DNA from: a virus | Taxonomy: Duplodnaviria > Heunggongvirae > Uroviricota > Caudoviricetes | Length of the DNA stretch: 18,753 nt | Virus record (IMG/VR): IMGVR_UViG_2698536576_000004 | Reading direction: 5' to 3' (one strand) | In this document: piece by piece, positions 1-7,193 of the stretch | How positions within the stretch are numbered: the stretch's first letter is position 1 | Layout of the letters: each line of letters opens with the position of its first letter | Notes under the pieces: model-generated | What the model was told of the DNA's origin: nothing | Databases searched by the model: none | Seen by the model: only the letters and a program-made list of their open reading frames with translations | Program-made: the position numbers and the translations under genes

Positions 1-1
1 A

Positions 2-1297
2 TTAATTTTTCATTGCTTCGTTATGGGGCATGGTTGGGGCAAACTCGCTTAACTGTGTATTTAACAAAGCTACCTGTGCATTATTGTTTTCAGACATCCA
101 TTTTCCGTATACCTGAAATACCATTTGCGCATCTGCATGGCCCATCTGGTTTGCTATAAATGCCGGGTTAGCACCAGCTGTCAGCGACCAGCAGGCATAA
201 GTATGTCTCGACTGATATGATTTTCGATGGCGGAGTCCGGCACGTTTTATCGCTGCGTCCCACATCTGCCTTATTGAGTCAACGGTAAAATGGTCACCAT
301 AATTTTTTACTCTCGCTGATACTTCAGGTTGAAAAACAAAGGTGCATTTTTGTTTTTCTGTTCTGCCATACTCTCTGAGGTGAACATCAATGATATGCTC
401 TTTGCTCAGTCTCGTTAATGTCATCTGACTCCGGAGAGCGTCGATTGCTGGCTTAATAAGATGAATGACCCGATTGGTTCCCGCCTGTGTTTTTGGTACC
501 GTGAAACGGTCTTTTGCTAAATTTCTCCTGATCATCATTGTTCCATTTTTCAGATCTATGTCCTCCCATCCAAGTGCACACAGCTCACCAGGGCGAACGC
601 CAGTATAAACAGAAACACACCATAAATTTTTTGCTTGCTGATTTCTGCACGCATCGATAAGACGGATAAATTCCTCCCGCGAAAGAGGATCCGGAATGGT
701 TCTTGATTCCTTTAATGGCGAGATCCCCTTAAACGGATTATCTGCCAGGTAACCGTTATCAACACCAAACTGGAACACGGCGTTAAGATTTGTCATGTAA
801 TTATTTACAGTTACAGCCGATCTCCCTGGTTGTGTAACAATATAGTTACTTTTGGGGATCTGGTATCCAGTCAGTAGCTCTTTACGAACCTCCAGTAATT
901 TTTCTTTATTAATCGATGAGGCAAGATTTTTTTCACCGATTATGCTTAGGATATTTTTGATGACGGCACGGTATGTGTTGAGTGATGTTTTGGCGACTTC
1001 AGTTTCTTTCAGTGCCAGAAATTTTTCAGCCAGTTCTTTTATGGTTAAATCTTGTCGGGCCTCACCAAATTTTTCCAGATTGCGTGAGGAGGGAAACTGT
1101 TTTGCATAGTCGAAAACACCAGTTTTTATTGCGTAACAAACAGAGGAGCGTAGTTCACCTGCAACGCGCCTGTTTTTTGCTGTGTCAGGAACCCCCAGAT
1201 TTTCCCTGACTCTTACGCCTTTATAAACAAACCAGATACGTAATTTCCCTCCATGGTTTTCCACGCCTGTCGGATATTTCATTTCAACTTCTCTCAT
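2..1297 (-). CDS. int: Phage tyrosine integrase (lambdoid IntR/IntQ-like site-specific recombinase)
   Basis: 431-aa ORF. N-terminal 'YPTGVENHGGKLRIWFVYKGVRVRENLG' and C-terminal catalytic region 'RHTYACWSLTAGANPAFIANQMGHADAQMVFQVYGKW' (R..H..Y tyrosine-recombinase signature) resemble the Rac/Qin-type integrase as I remember it. Stop codon at 2-4, so attP/attL lies just outside the window. Confidence 0.9.
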   Translation of the reverse strand: MREVEMKYPTGVENHGGKLRIWFVYKGVRVRENLGVPDTAKNRRVAGELRSSVCYAIKTGVFDYAKQFPSSRNLEKFGEARQDLTIKELAEKFLALKETEVAKTSLNTYRAVIKNILSIIGEKNLASSINKEKLLEVRKELLTGYQIPKSNYIVTQPGRSAVTVNNYMTNLNAVFQFGVDNGYLADNPFKGISPLKESRTIPDPLSREEFIRLIDACRNQQAKNLWCVSVYTGVRPGELCALGWEDIDLKNGTMMIRRNLAKDRFTVPKTQAGTNRVIHLIKPAIDALRSQMTLTRLSKEHIIDVHLREYGRTEKQKCTFVFQPEVSARVKNYGDHFTVDSIRQMWDAAIKRAGLRHRKSYQSRHTYACWSLTAGANPAFIANQMGHADAQMVFQVYGKWMSENNNAQVALLNTQLSEFAPTMPHNEAMKN

Positions 1298-1316
1298 TAG
1301 TTAGTGTGGCTTTTAG

Positions 1317-1568
1317 TCAAGTAAGATGACGTCTTGGTCTCGCTGATGCCTGGCGCTCAATCCAGCGATCAATTTCTTCCAGGTTGTAAAAGCATGGACT
1401 GTTATCCCATGGCATACCGTCATGAGCGACATGCTTATATTCCCTTCCTTCCATAAACGATTTTTCCCGGGCCTTTTTTAACGTACCTTTTTTTATTCCT
1501 TTCAGCGCAATTAACTGCTCTTCGGATACCCATTTGCCGGGAGAGACAATCATGATTACTTCGCTCAT
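1317..1568 (-). CDS. xis: Excisionase-like protein (DUF1233-type Xis)
   Basis: 83-aa ORF directly upstream of int on the same strand, the canonical xis position. Small basic protein. Exact start uncertain (alternative Met at residue 6). Confidence 0.65.
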   Translation of the reverse strand: MSEVIMIVSPGKWVSEEQLIALKGIKKGTLKKAREKSFMEGREYKHVAHDGMPWDNSPCFYNLEEIDRWIERQASARPRRHLT

Positions 1569-1640
1569 CGATTTCTTTATCTCTTACATCAGACGAGCGC
1601 CGGTTGCAGAATACCAGTCACAACCGGCGACAGTTGAACA

Positions 1641-4112
1641 TTAAGAATCAGCCTGACTCGGGATCAGTTTTTGCCAGATAACTGAAACGTATTTTGCCTG
1701 GTAACGGGCGTCATCAAGTGCATTATGGCGCTCACCTTCGAATGGAATAGCCGTTCTGGCATCGAAGTCTATGGCTTTCCCCAGCTCAACGATTGTGCGT
1801 ACATCGCGATCGTTGTAGTAACGCCACGGGCAGGGGATCCCCTGCCGTTCGTATGAACGGCGCAAAATCGTGTTGTCGAAGTTGGCTCCATTTCCCCAGA
1901 CCTGAACAAAAAATTCACCGGAGTTTTCGTCGATAAATTCCCGCAATTGTAACAGTGCATCATCTAACGGGATTTCATCGGTCATAATGGCAGATTGCGC
2001 TTCGCGTGATTGCTTAAGCCACCATTTAATGGTGTCCCGATCAATGACTCCGCCAGCAGTTTCCAGATCGATAGTCTTACTAAATTCCGGTCCCATATCT
2101 CCGGTTTGCGGATCGAAAAATATTGCACCTATTGAGATGATCGGGGCATCAGGATTTTTTCCCATGGTTTCAAGGTCGATCATTAGATGGTCACACGTCC
2201 TGCTGGTGGATGTGATTTCGTGATGACCGTTCACCTTAATTGAGTGATCTGCCGTCTCGCCAGTTTCATTATCGCTATCGTGATGCTGATTGCCGCCAGT
2301 GTTCTCCTTGTGTGGATGTTCAGCGCCTTCCATTTCCTTCGGATCATCTTCCTGAACTTCAACCTGATACTCTTCATCGAATGTTTCCTGGTATGTTGCG
2401 TCGCCCATCACCGCGCCACAATCAGGGCAGTTGTCGCCGCCGGTCTGACCGCAGGCGGTGCAGACTTTTTCCACTTCCTGTTGCGCCACTGGTTCAGGCT
2501 GTTTCGTTTCTGGCTCGTTTTGTAACGCATTTGGGCTGTTTTGTTCCGCTTTTTGGTAGTTCCGTTCCGATTCATGCTGGTTCTGGTTCACAGAATCGCG
2601 GGTCTGGATCCCCTTAACCCATTTCGGATCATTCGGGTCACTAATCCCTTCAACAAATTCACCACGTGATGCAGCAAGCAACTTATCGGCGTCAGGCTGG
2701 CTGATATTGGCTGCCTGCATAATTTTGTTTACTTCGTTAGCGGTAACTTTTATCGGTTCTGGTTGTTCTGAATCTTCAGCGGTATCTACATTTTGCGGTA
2801 AGCCCGTGTATGTGCCATTTTTTCGGGCAAAATATTCTTCTTTAGTGATTTCAGTGGCGCCAGCAGCCAGTGCCTTATCCAGACCAGAAAGTTTGTTTGC
2901 GCGACCGTATTTTTCTCCGTCCTTATCTGCGAAGAGGAAATAGAACGGCCCCTCACGCTCTACAGATGGTTCAGCTTCCGGCGCGGTTTCATTTTTTGGG
3001 ATATCAGATACCTCAGTTTCCACTGCATCAGTTTGTGTTTCTGATGACTGGAGAACATCAACAGTGCCCAGGTCTGTTTCTTCATTCTCAAACACGCCCT
3101 TTGTCGTCAGGTATTCGCAGATATATTTGTTCAGTGCTACGGGTTCTTTGTGAATGTCGATCGGACGCTCACGGACAAGGCCAAAAATAGTTTGGCGGTC
3201 GTAGCGAAGGGCATCAGGCTGTTTGCGCATTGATGCCGAGATACGCTTCCAGTCTTCGCGGTCGTTGTCGATAACTTCTTTTTTTGCCCAGCGATGGATG
3301 CTGCCGTCAATGTTTCCGGCATCCACATCACCAGGCCAGAGAGCGTAGGCCAGTTCGTCATCCAGTGTTTTCCATGTCTGCTTGTATTCGCGATGAATGG
3401 CAGCAATGACCGGGCTGATTTTTCCTGTTGAATTTTCAGTGTACTGTTGATTGGCTCTGGTGCGGGCGAGATCAACAACAGACGTGTATTTTCCGGTTTC
3501 CTTGCGTTCACCTTCGCGACGTTTTTTCCAGATGCGCATCTCTGCCTGAATTTCGGGCCATTTAGCACCAGGAATACATTTATGCTTAACCCACCCAATG
3601 GCGTGCAACTTAAGCTCCGGATACATGGCGTTAACTTCTGGCATTTTCATCAACGCTTCAACGATATGTCCGTCGAATGTTGCCATGTCTTCCTGCAACA
3701 ATTCCTGTGCGCTAATAACCATATCAACGGTGATGTTTTCACATGTGTCGAACTTAACCATGACAGCGTTCTGTACTTCAGGGGCCAGCTTGTCAAAAGT
3801 GACGTTCATCGGATCGGATTTAGTCTCAACCGGGACAAAAGAAGCAGACTCCTCATCCCAGCGGTTTTCCTGCATATATTCAGCATCCCATGAATCGAGG
3901 GCAGGGCGGGGTATGCCAGGTTTATCCTCGCAGACAATAAATTTATAAGCGCAGTCCTGAGCAGCCGTATAATGTTCCAGGAACTGCCAGTGAAATTTTG
4001 CTCGAGCACGGCGTTCGTCGCCAGCTTCAATGGCTGTGGCTACAGCCACAGCGCCTTCTTCCCTTGTTGCCAGTTCGTCAGGAATAGCGGCGCAAATAAA
4101 GACTTTACTCAT
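1641..4112 (-). CDS. Phage exonuclease, 823 aa; C-terminal DnaQ/DEDDh-like 3'-5' exonuclease domain (often annotated 'exodeoxyribonuclease VIII-like')
   Basis: C-terminal ~190 aa carry 'MIDLETMG...' (Exo I motif D-x-E) and a distal 'HNALDDARY' (Exo III H-x4-D). Central Cys4 ribbon 'CTACGQTGGDNCPDCG' and a long acidic/Gln-Pro-rich linker. SD-like GAGG 9 nt upstream of ATG at 4112. Confidence 0.8.
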   Translation of the reverse strand: MSKVFICAAIPDELATREEGAVAVATAIEAGDERRARAKFHWQFLEHYTAAQDCAYKFIVCEDKPGIPRPALDSWDAEYMQENRWDEESASFVPVETKSDPMNVTFDKLAPEVQNAVMVKFDTCENITVDMVISAQELLQEDMATFDGHIVEALMKMPEVNAMYPELKLHAIGWVKHKCIPGAKWPEIQAEMRIWKKRREGERKETGKYTSVVDLARTRANQQYTENSTGKISPVIAAIHREYKQTWKTLDDELAYALWPGDVDAGNIDGSIHRWAKKEVIDNDREDWKRISASMRKQPDALRYDRQTIFGLVRERPIDIHKEPVALNKYICEYLTTKGVFENEETDLGTVDVLQSSETQTDAVETEVSDIPKNETAPEAEPSVEREGPFYFLFADKDGEKYGRANKLSGLDKALAAGATEITKEEYFARKNGTYTGLPQNVDTAEDSEQPEPIKVTANEVNKIMQAANISQPDADKLLAASRGEFVEGISDPNDPKWVKGIQTRDSVNQNQHESERNYQKAEQNSPNALQNEPETKQPEPVAQQEVEKVCTACGQTGGDNCPDCGAVMGDATYQETFDEEYQVEVQEDDPKEMEGAEHPHKENTGGNQHHDSDNETGETADHSIKVNGHHEITSTSRTCDHLMIDLETMGKNPDAPIISIGAIFFDPQTGDMGPEFSKTIDLETAGGVIDRDTIKWWLKQSREAQSAIMTDEIPLDDALLQLREFIDENSGEFFVQVWGNGANFDNTILRRSYERQGIPCPWRYYNDRDVRTIVELGKAIDFDARTAIPFEGERHNALDDARYQAKYVSVIWQKLIPSQADS

Positions 4113-4205
4113 TTTGTTTTAACCTCATGACAGATTTAAGGATGAACAAATCCCTGCCATTGCTGGCATATAAGAATGAAACCGGATATTTATTACGGAA
4201 CTGTT

Positions 4206-4397
4206 TTAAAGACCTGCCGGGATTTCGATATTATCCTGGTGAATAACTTTATCGACCGGGTAACAGTTACCGGGAATTTTCTGTTCGGTTGCTGCAGTCA
4301 TACACTCCTGCATTGTCCTGTGAACACTGACTGCAATATCAACTGGCTCTCCGGAAACAAGAAAAACTGTCAGAACAAGCGCAAATGCTGAATTCAT
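4206..4397 (-). CDS. ydfD: YdfD-like small protein with N-terminal hydrophobic/signal-like segment (Qin lysis-associated protein family)
   Basis: 63-aa product starting 'MNSAFALVLTVFLVSGEPV...'. SD AAGGA 8 nt upstream of ATG (4395-4397). ATGA overlap with the dicB stop suggests translational coupling. Length and position match K-12 ydfD as recalled. Confidence 0.7.
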   Translation of the reverse strand: MNSAFALVLTVFLVSGEPVDIAVSVHRTMQECMTAATEQKIPGNCYPVDKVIHQDNIEIPAGL

Positions 4398-4582
4398 TGT
4401 GCACATCCTTTTGGCATCAGACGTAAACGAGCCAGCATTGAAACAATGCATATTTTATTTAATAGCTCCCGTTCTTGTTTTCTCTTGTTAATGGCATCTT
4501 CAGTAAATACAGGGTTACTGATAGAGACACCAATTTCAAAACAACCTTCAGACGTATTAACGTTTGGTAATAACGTTTTCAT
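4394..4582 (-). CDS. dicB: DicB cell-division inhibitor (MinC-activating), 62 aa
   Basis: 'MKTLLPNVNTSEGCFEIGV...MPKGCAQ', 62 aa, matches my recollection of DicB in length and sequence. SD GAGGA 8 nt upstream of ATG at 4580-4582. Lies ~170 bp downstream of DicF, as in Qin. Confidence 0.8.
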   Translation of the reverse strand: MKTLLPNVNTSEGCFEIGVSISNPVFTEDAINKRKQERELLNKICIVSMLARLRLMPKGCAQ

Positions 4583-4750
4583 TATCGCGTCCTCAACAAT
4601 GAATTTTGTGATGCAGTGCCTGGTGCCTCCAGGTGACGTTAACCAGTTAACAATTAACGCCGGATACAGAGAATCCACCCATAACACTGTTTTTGGTTTT
4701 AACTGTTCCGCGTGCGCTTAGCCGCATTCACCGCATCACAAAATTCACTT

Positions 4751-4809
4751 TAAAAACGGCGGCAGAGCAGTCACGGAGTAAAACTGATACCGCCAAACGT
4801 CACCAGAAA
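4751..4809 (-). ncRNA. dicF: DicF small RNA (ftsZ-targeting sRNA of the dicB operon) with intrinsic terminator hairpin
   Basis: Minus strand reads 5'-TTTCTGGTGACGTTTGGCGGTATCAGTTTTACTCCGTGACTGCTCTGCCGCCGTTTTT-3', essentially identical to the DicF sequence as I remember it, including the GGCGG...GCCGCC stem and U-run. Ends approximate to +/-3 nt. Confidence 0.85.
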
Positions 4810-5085
4810 ATTGATAACAGAGGGCGTTGCAGCGGGGTTGTCACTTAAGCGTATGGTCAACCTGACAACTCGGTGTCCTCAACGGGGAAGGAATAACCCC
4901 GCCATACTTACCGCCGCGCCATTTCGCGGTTTGCCACAACCGGAAGCGCACGGTCGAATTAAATTTAACGACACCGTACAGTGAGACGAACTTCGCCGTG
5001 CGCTTTCGTGTTGTGTGCCTGCTTTTAACCACGTCAGGCGAGGTGGTATCCTTCTTATCCCGAATAACCAAGAAGGAAATCTATA

Positions 5086-5285
5086 TGACTAAAGAAGAAT
5101 TTGTCTCTTATATTTTTGATAAAACGGTTGAAATGTATGCCGCTACTTACGGGTCCTGTAATCCTCTGAATAAACCAGAGGGGAAAGATGATTTCGACAA
5201 AATTTACCGCTTCTTGGAGGACCGCTATATCAAAAGGTTAGAGGACGCAGGGATCAAATCCCCAGTGAAGTCACCATTGTCCTGA
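5086..5285 (+). CDS. Hypothetical 66-aa protein, antisense-oriented within the leftward early operon
   Basis: ATG at 5086 preceded by AAGGAA with ~7-nt spacing. Product 'MTKEEFVSYIFDKTVEMYAATYG...' has globular-like composition. Overlaps the 3' end of the minus-strand ydfB/C-region ORF by ~30 bp. No homolog recognised. Confidence 0.3.
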
Positions 5286-5631
5286 GAACTTGCAGGACGT
5301 CATGATCGTAACTTCCATCCAAACCGCGACGGCAAATTGCTTCTCGTATTACCGGAAGCAGTTCGCTGGAAATCTCGGTGCATATTTCACCTGCTAATAC
5401 GCCTGGCTCAAGTGAGAATATTGGTGAACTTACGGTCTTGGTCTCGACAGTTTCAGAGTCAGTGCCAACATTATAAAGCTCAACGAAAGCGGTCTTGATT
5501 TTCCGGGCCAGATCTTTTGCTGGCTCGCTTGCAATATCTTTCCCGATTTCTCGCAGCACAGAATGCAATGTATGAGCTGCTGTTTTCTGTACATCAGACG
5601 GTAAATCTTTAAATTCCATCGTCAGCCTCAT
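5254..5631 (-). CDS. Hypothetical early-operon protein (occupies the ydfB/ydfC position of Qin)
   Basis: 125-aa ORF. The ATG at 5629-5631 overlaps the upstream gene stop (TGATG). A second ATG at 5617-5619 has GAGG 9 nt upstream. Same strand and operon as dicA/ydfA/dicB. Confidence 0.55.
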   Translation of the reverse strand: MRLTMEFKDLPSDVQKTAAHTLHSVLREIGKDIASEPAKDLARKIKTAFVELYNVGTDSETVETKTVSSPIFSLEPGVLAGEICTEISSELLPVIREAICRRGLDGSYDHDVLQVLRTMVTSLGI

Positions 5632-5783
5632 CAGTCAGTGTTTCTGGCTAACCAGCAACGCGCGCCAGATTCGGTTTTAAACGTTTTGCTTTTGGTATAT
5701 GTCATCGCGGTGAACGTACCGTCCTGGTTGGGGAACACGCCACATACCAGAGATTCGCTGTTGCCAAGATCGATAGTATCCAT
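5631..5783 (-). CDS. ydfA: YdfA-like small protein (50 aa)
   Basis: 'MDTIDLGNSESLVCGVFPNQDGTFTAMTYTKSKTFKTESGARCWLARNTD'. GAGG 6 nt upstream of ATG at 5781-5783. Size and position (first gene after the operator downstream of dicA) match ydfA. Confidence 0.7.
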   Translation of the reverse strand: MDTIDLGNSESLVCGVFPNQDGTFTAMTYTKSKTFKTESGARCWLARNTD

Positions 5784-5896
5784 GCTGACCTCATTTCCCC
5801 TTAACGCCGGGGTAGCGGAACTGTTTGCTGAGAACACCGTGCGGTGTGTTGATGGAGGTAATTTAGTTTTCTCATTATTTTTCGTCAAGGTTTTTT

Positions 5897-5918
5897 GATG
5901 AGAAAACTCAAGTATTGG
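5897..5918. promoter_or_regulatory. Putative DicA operator at the early-left (dicB operon) promoter
   Basis: 'TGAGAAAACTCAAgTATTGG' is a near-identical copy of the motif in the dicA/dicC intergenic region (6435-6453). Core TTGAG-N4-CTCAA is palindromic. Lies between the dicA stop and the ydfA start. Confidence 0.5.
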
Positions 5919-5975
5919 CGCAAGATAAAGCCAATACATTGAAATGTAAGGCTTTAAAATTTTGTGAAGGGATGA

Positions 5976-6383
5976 TTATTGATGCTTGTTGCGTTTGCGA
6001 GCCTCTAATAGCTCGGTGAACAGGCGATTAAAATTCTCAACGCGGGCGCGGAGTTCGCTGAGTTGTGCTTGTTGCTCTGATTTAGGAAGTGCGCGATACA
6101 AACGCAGCATCTCTAACTCATCTTCCGATAAGTCTAAGGCACTATCGAGTGAAACAGGGGGAGCTGGTGTTTTGTCCTCGTCGCCAAACAGTATCCAGGT
6201 TGGTGAACATTGCAATACCTCGGCGAGGCGATGCAAATTTTGCCCGCGCGGGGCTGTATGGTCACTTTCCCATAATGAAATTGATGAGCCAGATACGCCA
6301 GCAGCTTTGCTTAAACCGTTTTGACTTAAGCCTACCTGCTTACGTCTTTCTCTAATGCGTTGACCTAAAGTTTTCTCGTTCAT
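5976..6383 (-). CDS. dicA: DicA-like HTH (XRE family) prophage repressor
   Basis: 135-aa product from ATG 6381-6383. The '...LQCSPTWILFGDEDK...' block and C-terminal '...RARVENFNRLFTELLEARKRNK' match DicA as recalled. HTH region 'GLSQNGLSKAAGVSGSSISLWE'. An upstream in-frame ATG at 6432-6434 is also possible. Confidence 0.85.
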   Translation of the reverse strand: MNEKTLGQRIRERRKQVGLSQNGLSKAAGVSGSSISLWESDHTAPRGQNLHRLAEVLQCSPTWILFGDEDKTPAPPVSLDSALDLSEDELEMLRLYRALPKSEQQAQLSELRARVENFNRLFTELLEARKRNKHQ

Positions 6384-6404
6384 ATTTAGATATCTTAATA
6401 ACCC

Positions 6405-6453
6405 TTGACTTGAGATTCCTTGAGTGATTAGCATTGAGAAAACTCAATATTGG
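6405..6453. promoter_or_regulatory. Divergent dicA/dicC control region: candidate dicC promoter plus DicA operator
   Basis: TTGACT (6405-6410), 17-bp spacer, TTAGCA (6428-6433) as a weak -10. Palindrome TTGAGAAAACTCAA at 6434-6447 plus additional TTGAG half-sites at 6409-6425. Confidence 0.45.
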
Positions 6454-6460
6454 AGGTGCG

Positions 6461-6688
6461 ATGTTTAAATCAGACGTAATTAATTTTTACGGTACGAAAG
6501 CCAAAGTAGCGAAAGCTGCTGGCGTTGACCCATCTGCTGTTTCTCAATGGCAAGAGCTGGTTCCTGAAGGTCGCGCGATGCGTCTACAGGAGGCATCTGG
6601 CGGCGAGCTTCTGTATGATCCCAAGGTTTATGACGAATATCGTAAGACGAAGCGGGCGGGGCGGTTGAACAATGAAAATCACTCCTGA
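6461..6688 (+). CDS. dicC: DicC-like Cro-type regulator (YdaS/DicC family)
   Basis: 75-aa product from ATG 6461 with GGAGG SD. C-terminal '...LVPEGRAMRLQEASGGEL.YDPKVYDEYRKTKRAGRLNNENHS' matches DicC as recalled. Divergent from dicA. Confidence 0.8.
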   Translation: MFKSDVINFYGTKAKVAKAAGVDPSAVSQWQELVPEGRAMRLQEASGGELLYDPKVYDEYRKTKRAGRLNNENHS

Positions 6689-7193
6689 ACAGGCTCGTGA
6701 GGCTCTGGATGCTTGGATATGTCGACCAGGAATGACACAGGAGCAGGCGACGATATTAATCACTGAAGCATTCTGGGCTTTGAAAGAGCGCCCGAACATC
6801 GATGTTCAGCGTGTCACAGATGAAGGTGGCGCGGTTGATCAGCGAGCGCTTGGCGTTAATCGAGTGAAGATATTCGAACGCTGGAAGGCTATCGACACCA
6901 GGGATAAGCGTGAAAAGTTCACGGCGCTAGTGCCTGCAATTATGGAGGCTATCCGGATTAATGATTTCAGGTTGTATCGTGAAATTAGTGACGGAAAAAG
7001 CATCACGTACATGATCGCCGGGTTAAACAAAGAATATGGCGATGTGGTGGAGTCCGGACTGCTTTTTGCTGATCCTGCCGTAGTGGATCGTGAAACTGAC
7101 GAACTTATAGAAAAAGCAATTGCTTTCAAACTTGCGTATCGACAGCAATACCAACAAAAAGCTGGATGGAATTATGAGCCTTCTTTTTGCTGA
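6672..7193 (+). CDS. YdaT-like protein (functional CII-position protein of Rac/CP-933P-type prophages)
   Basis: 173-aa ORF overlapping the dicC 3' end by 17 nt. Position right after the Cro-like gene and loose similarity to YdaT; assignment from memory, moderate. Confidence 0.55.
   Translation: MKITPEQAREALDAWICRPGMTQEQATILITEAFWALKERPNIDVQRVTDEGGAVDQRALGVNRVKIFERWKAIDTRDKREKFTALVPAIMEAIRINDFRLYREISDGKSITYMIAGLNKEYGDVVESGLLFADPAVVDRETDELIEKAIAFKLAYRQQYQQKAGWNYEPSFC

Noticed and set aside
1987-3948. Multiple plus-strand ORFs (e.g. 2240-2617, 2244-2525, 2870-3190, 3447-3893, 3598-3948) inside the exonuclease gene
   Set aside because: All are fully nested antisense within a long, well-supported minus-strand gene. 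Their products are Arg/Ser/Cys-rich or low-complexity and lack RBS support. Judged spurious antisense frames.
4841-5071. Minus-strand 76-aa ORF upstream of DicF
   Set aside because: Product is highly basic and Arg/Lys/Thr-rich, as expected from reading a GC-rich noncoding region. No SD. It could in principle correspond to a small K-12 gene I cannot recall, so this is a weak rejection.
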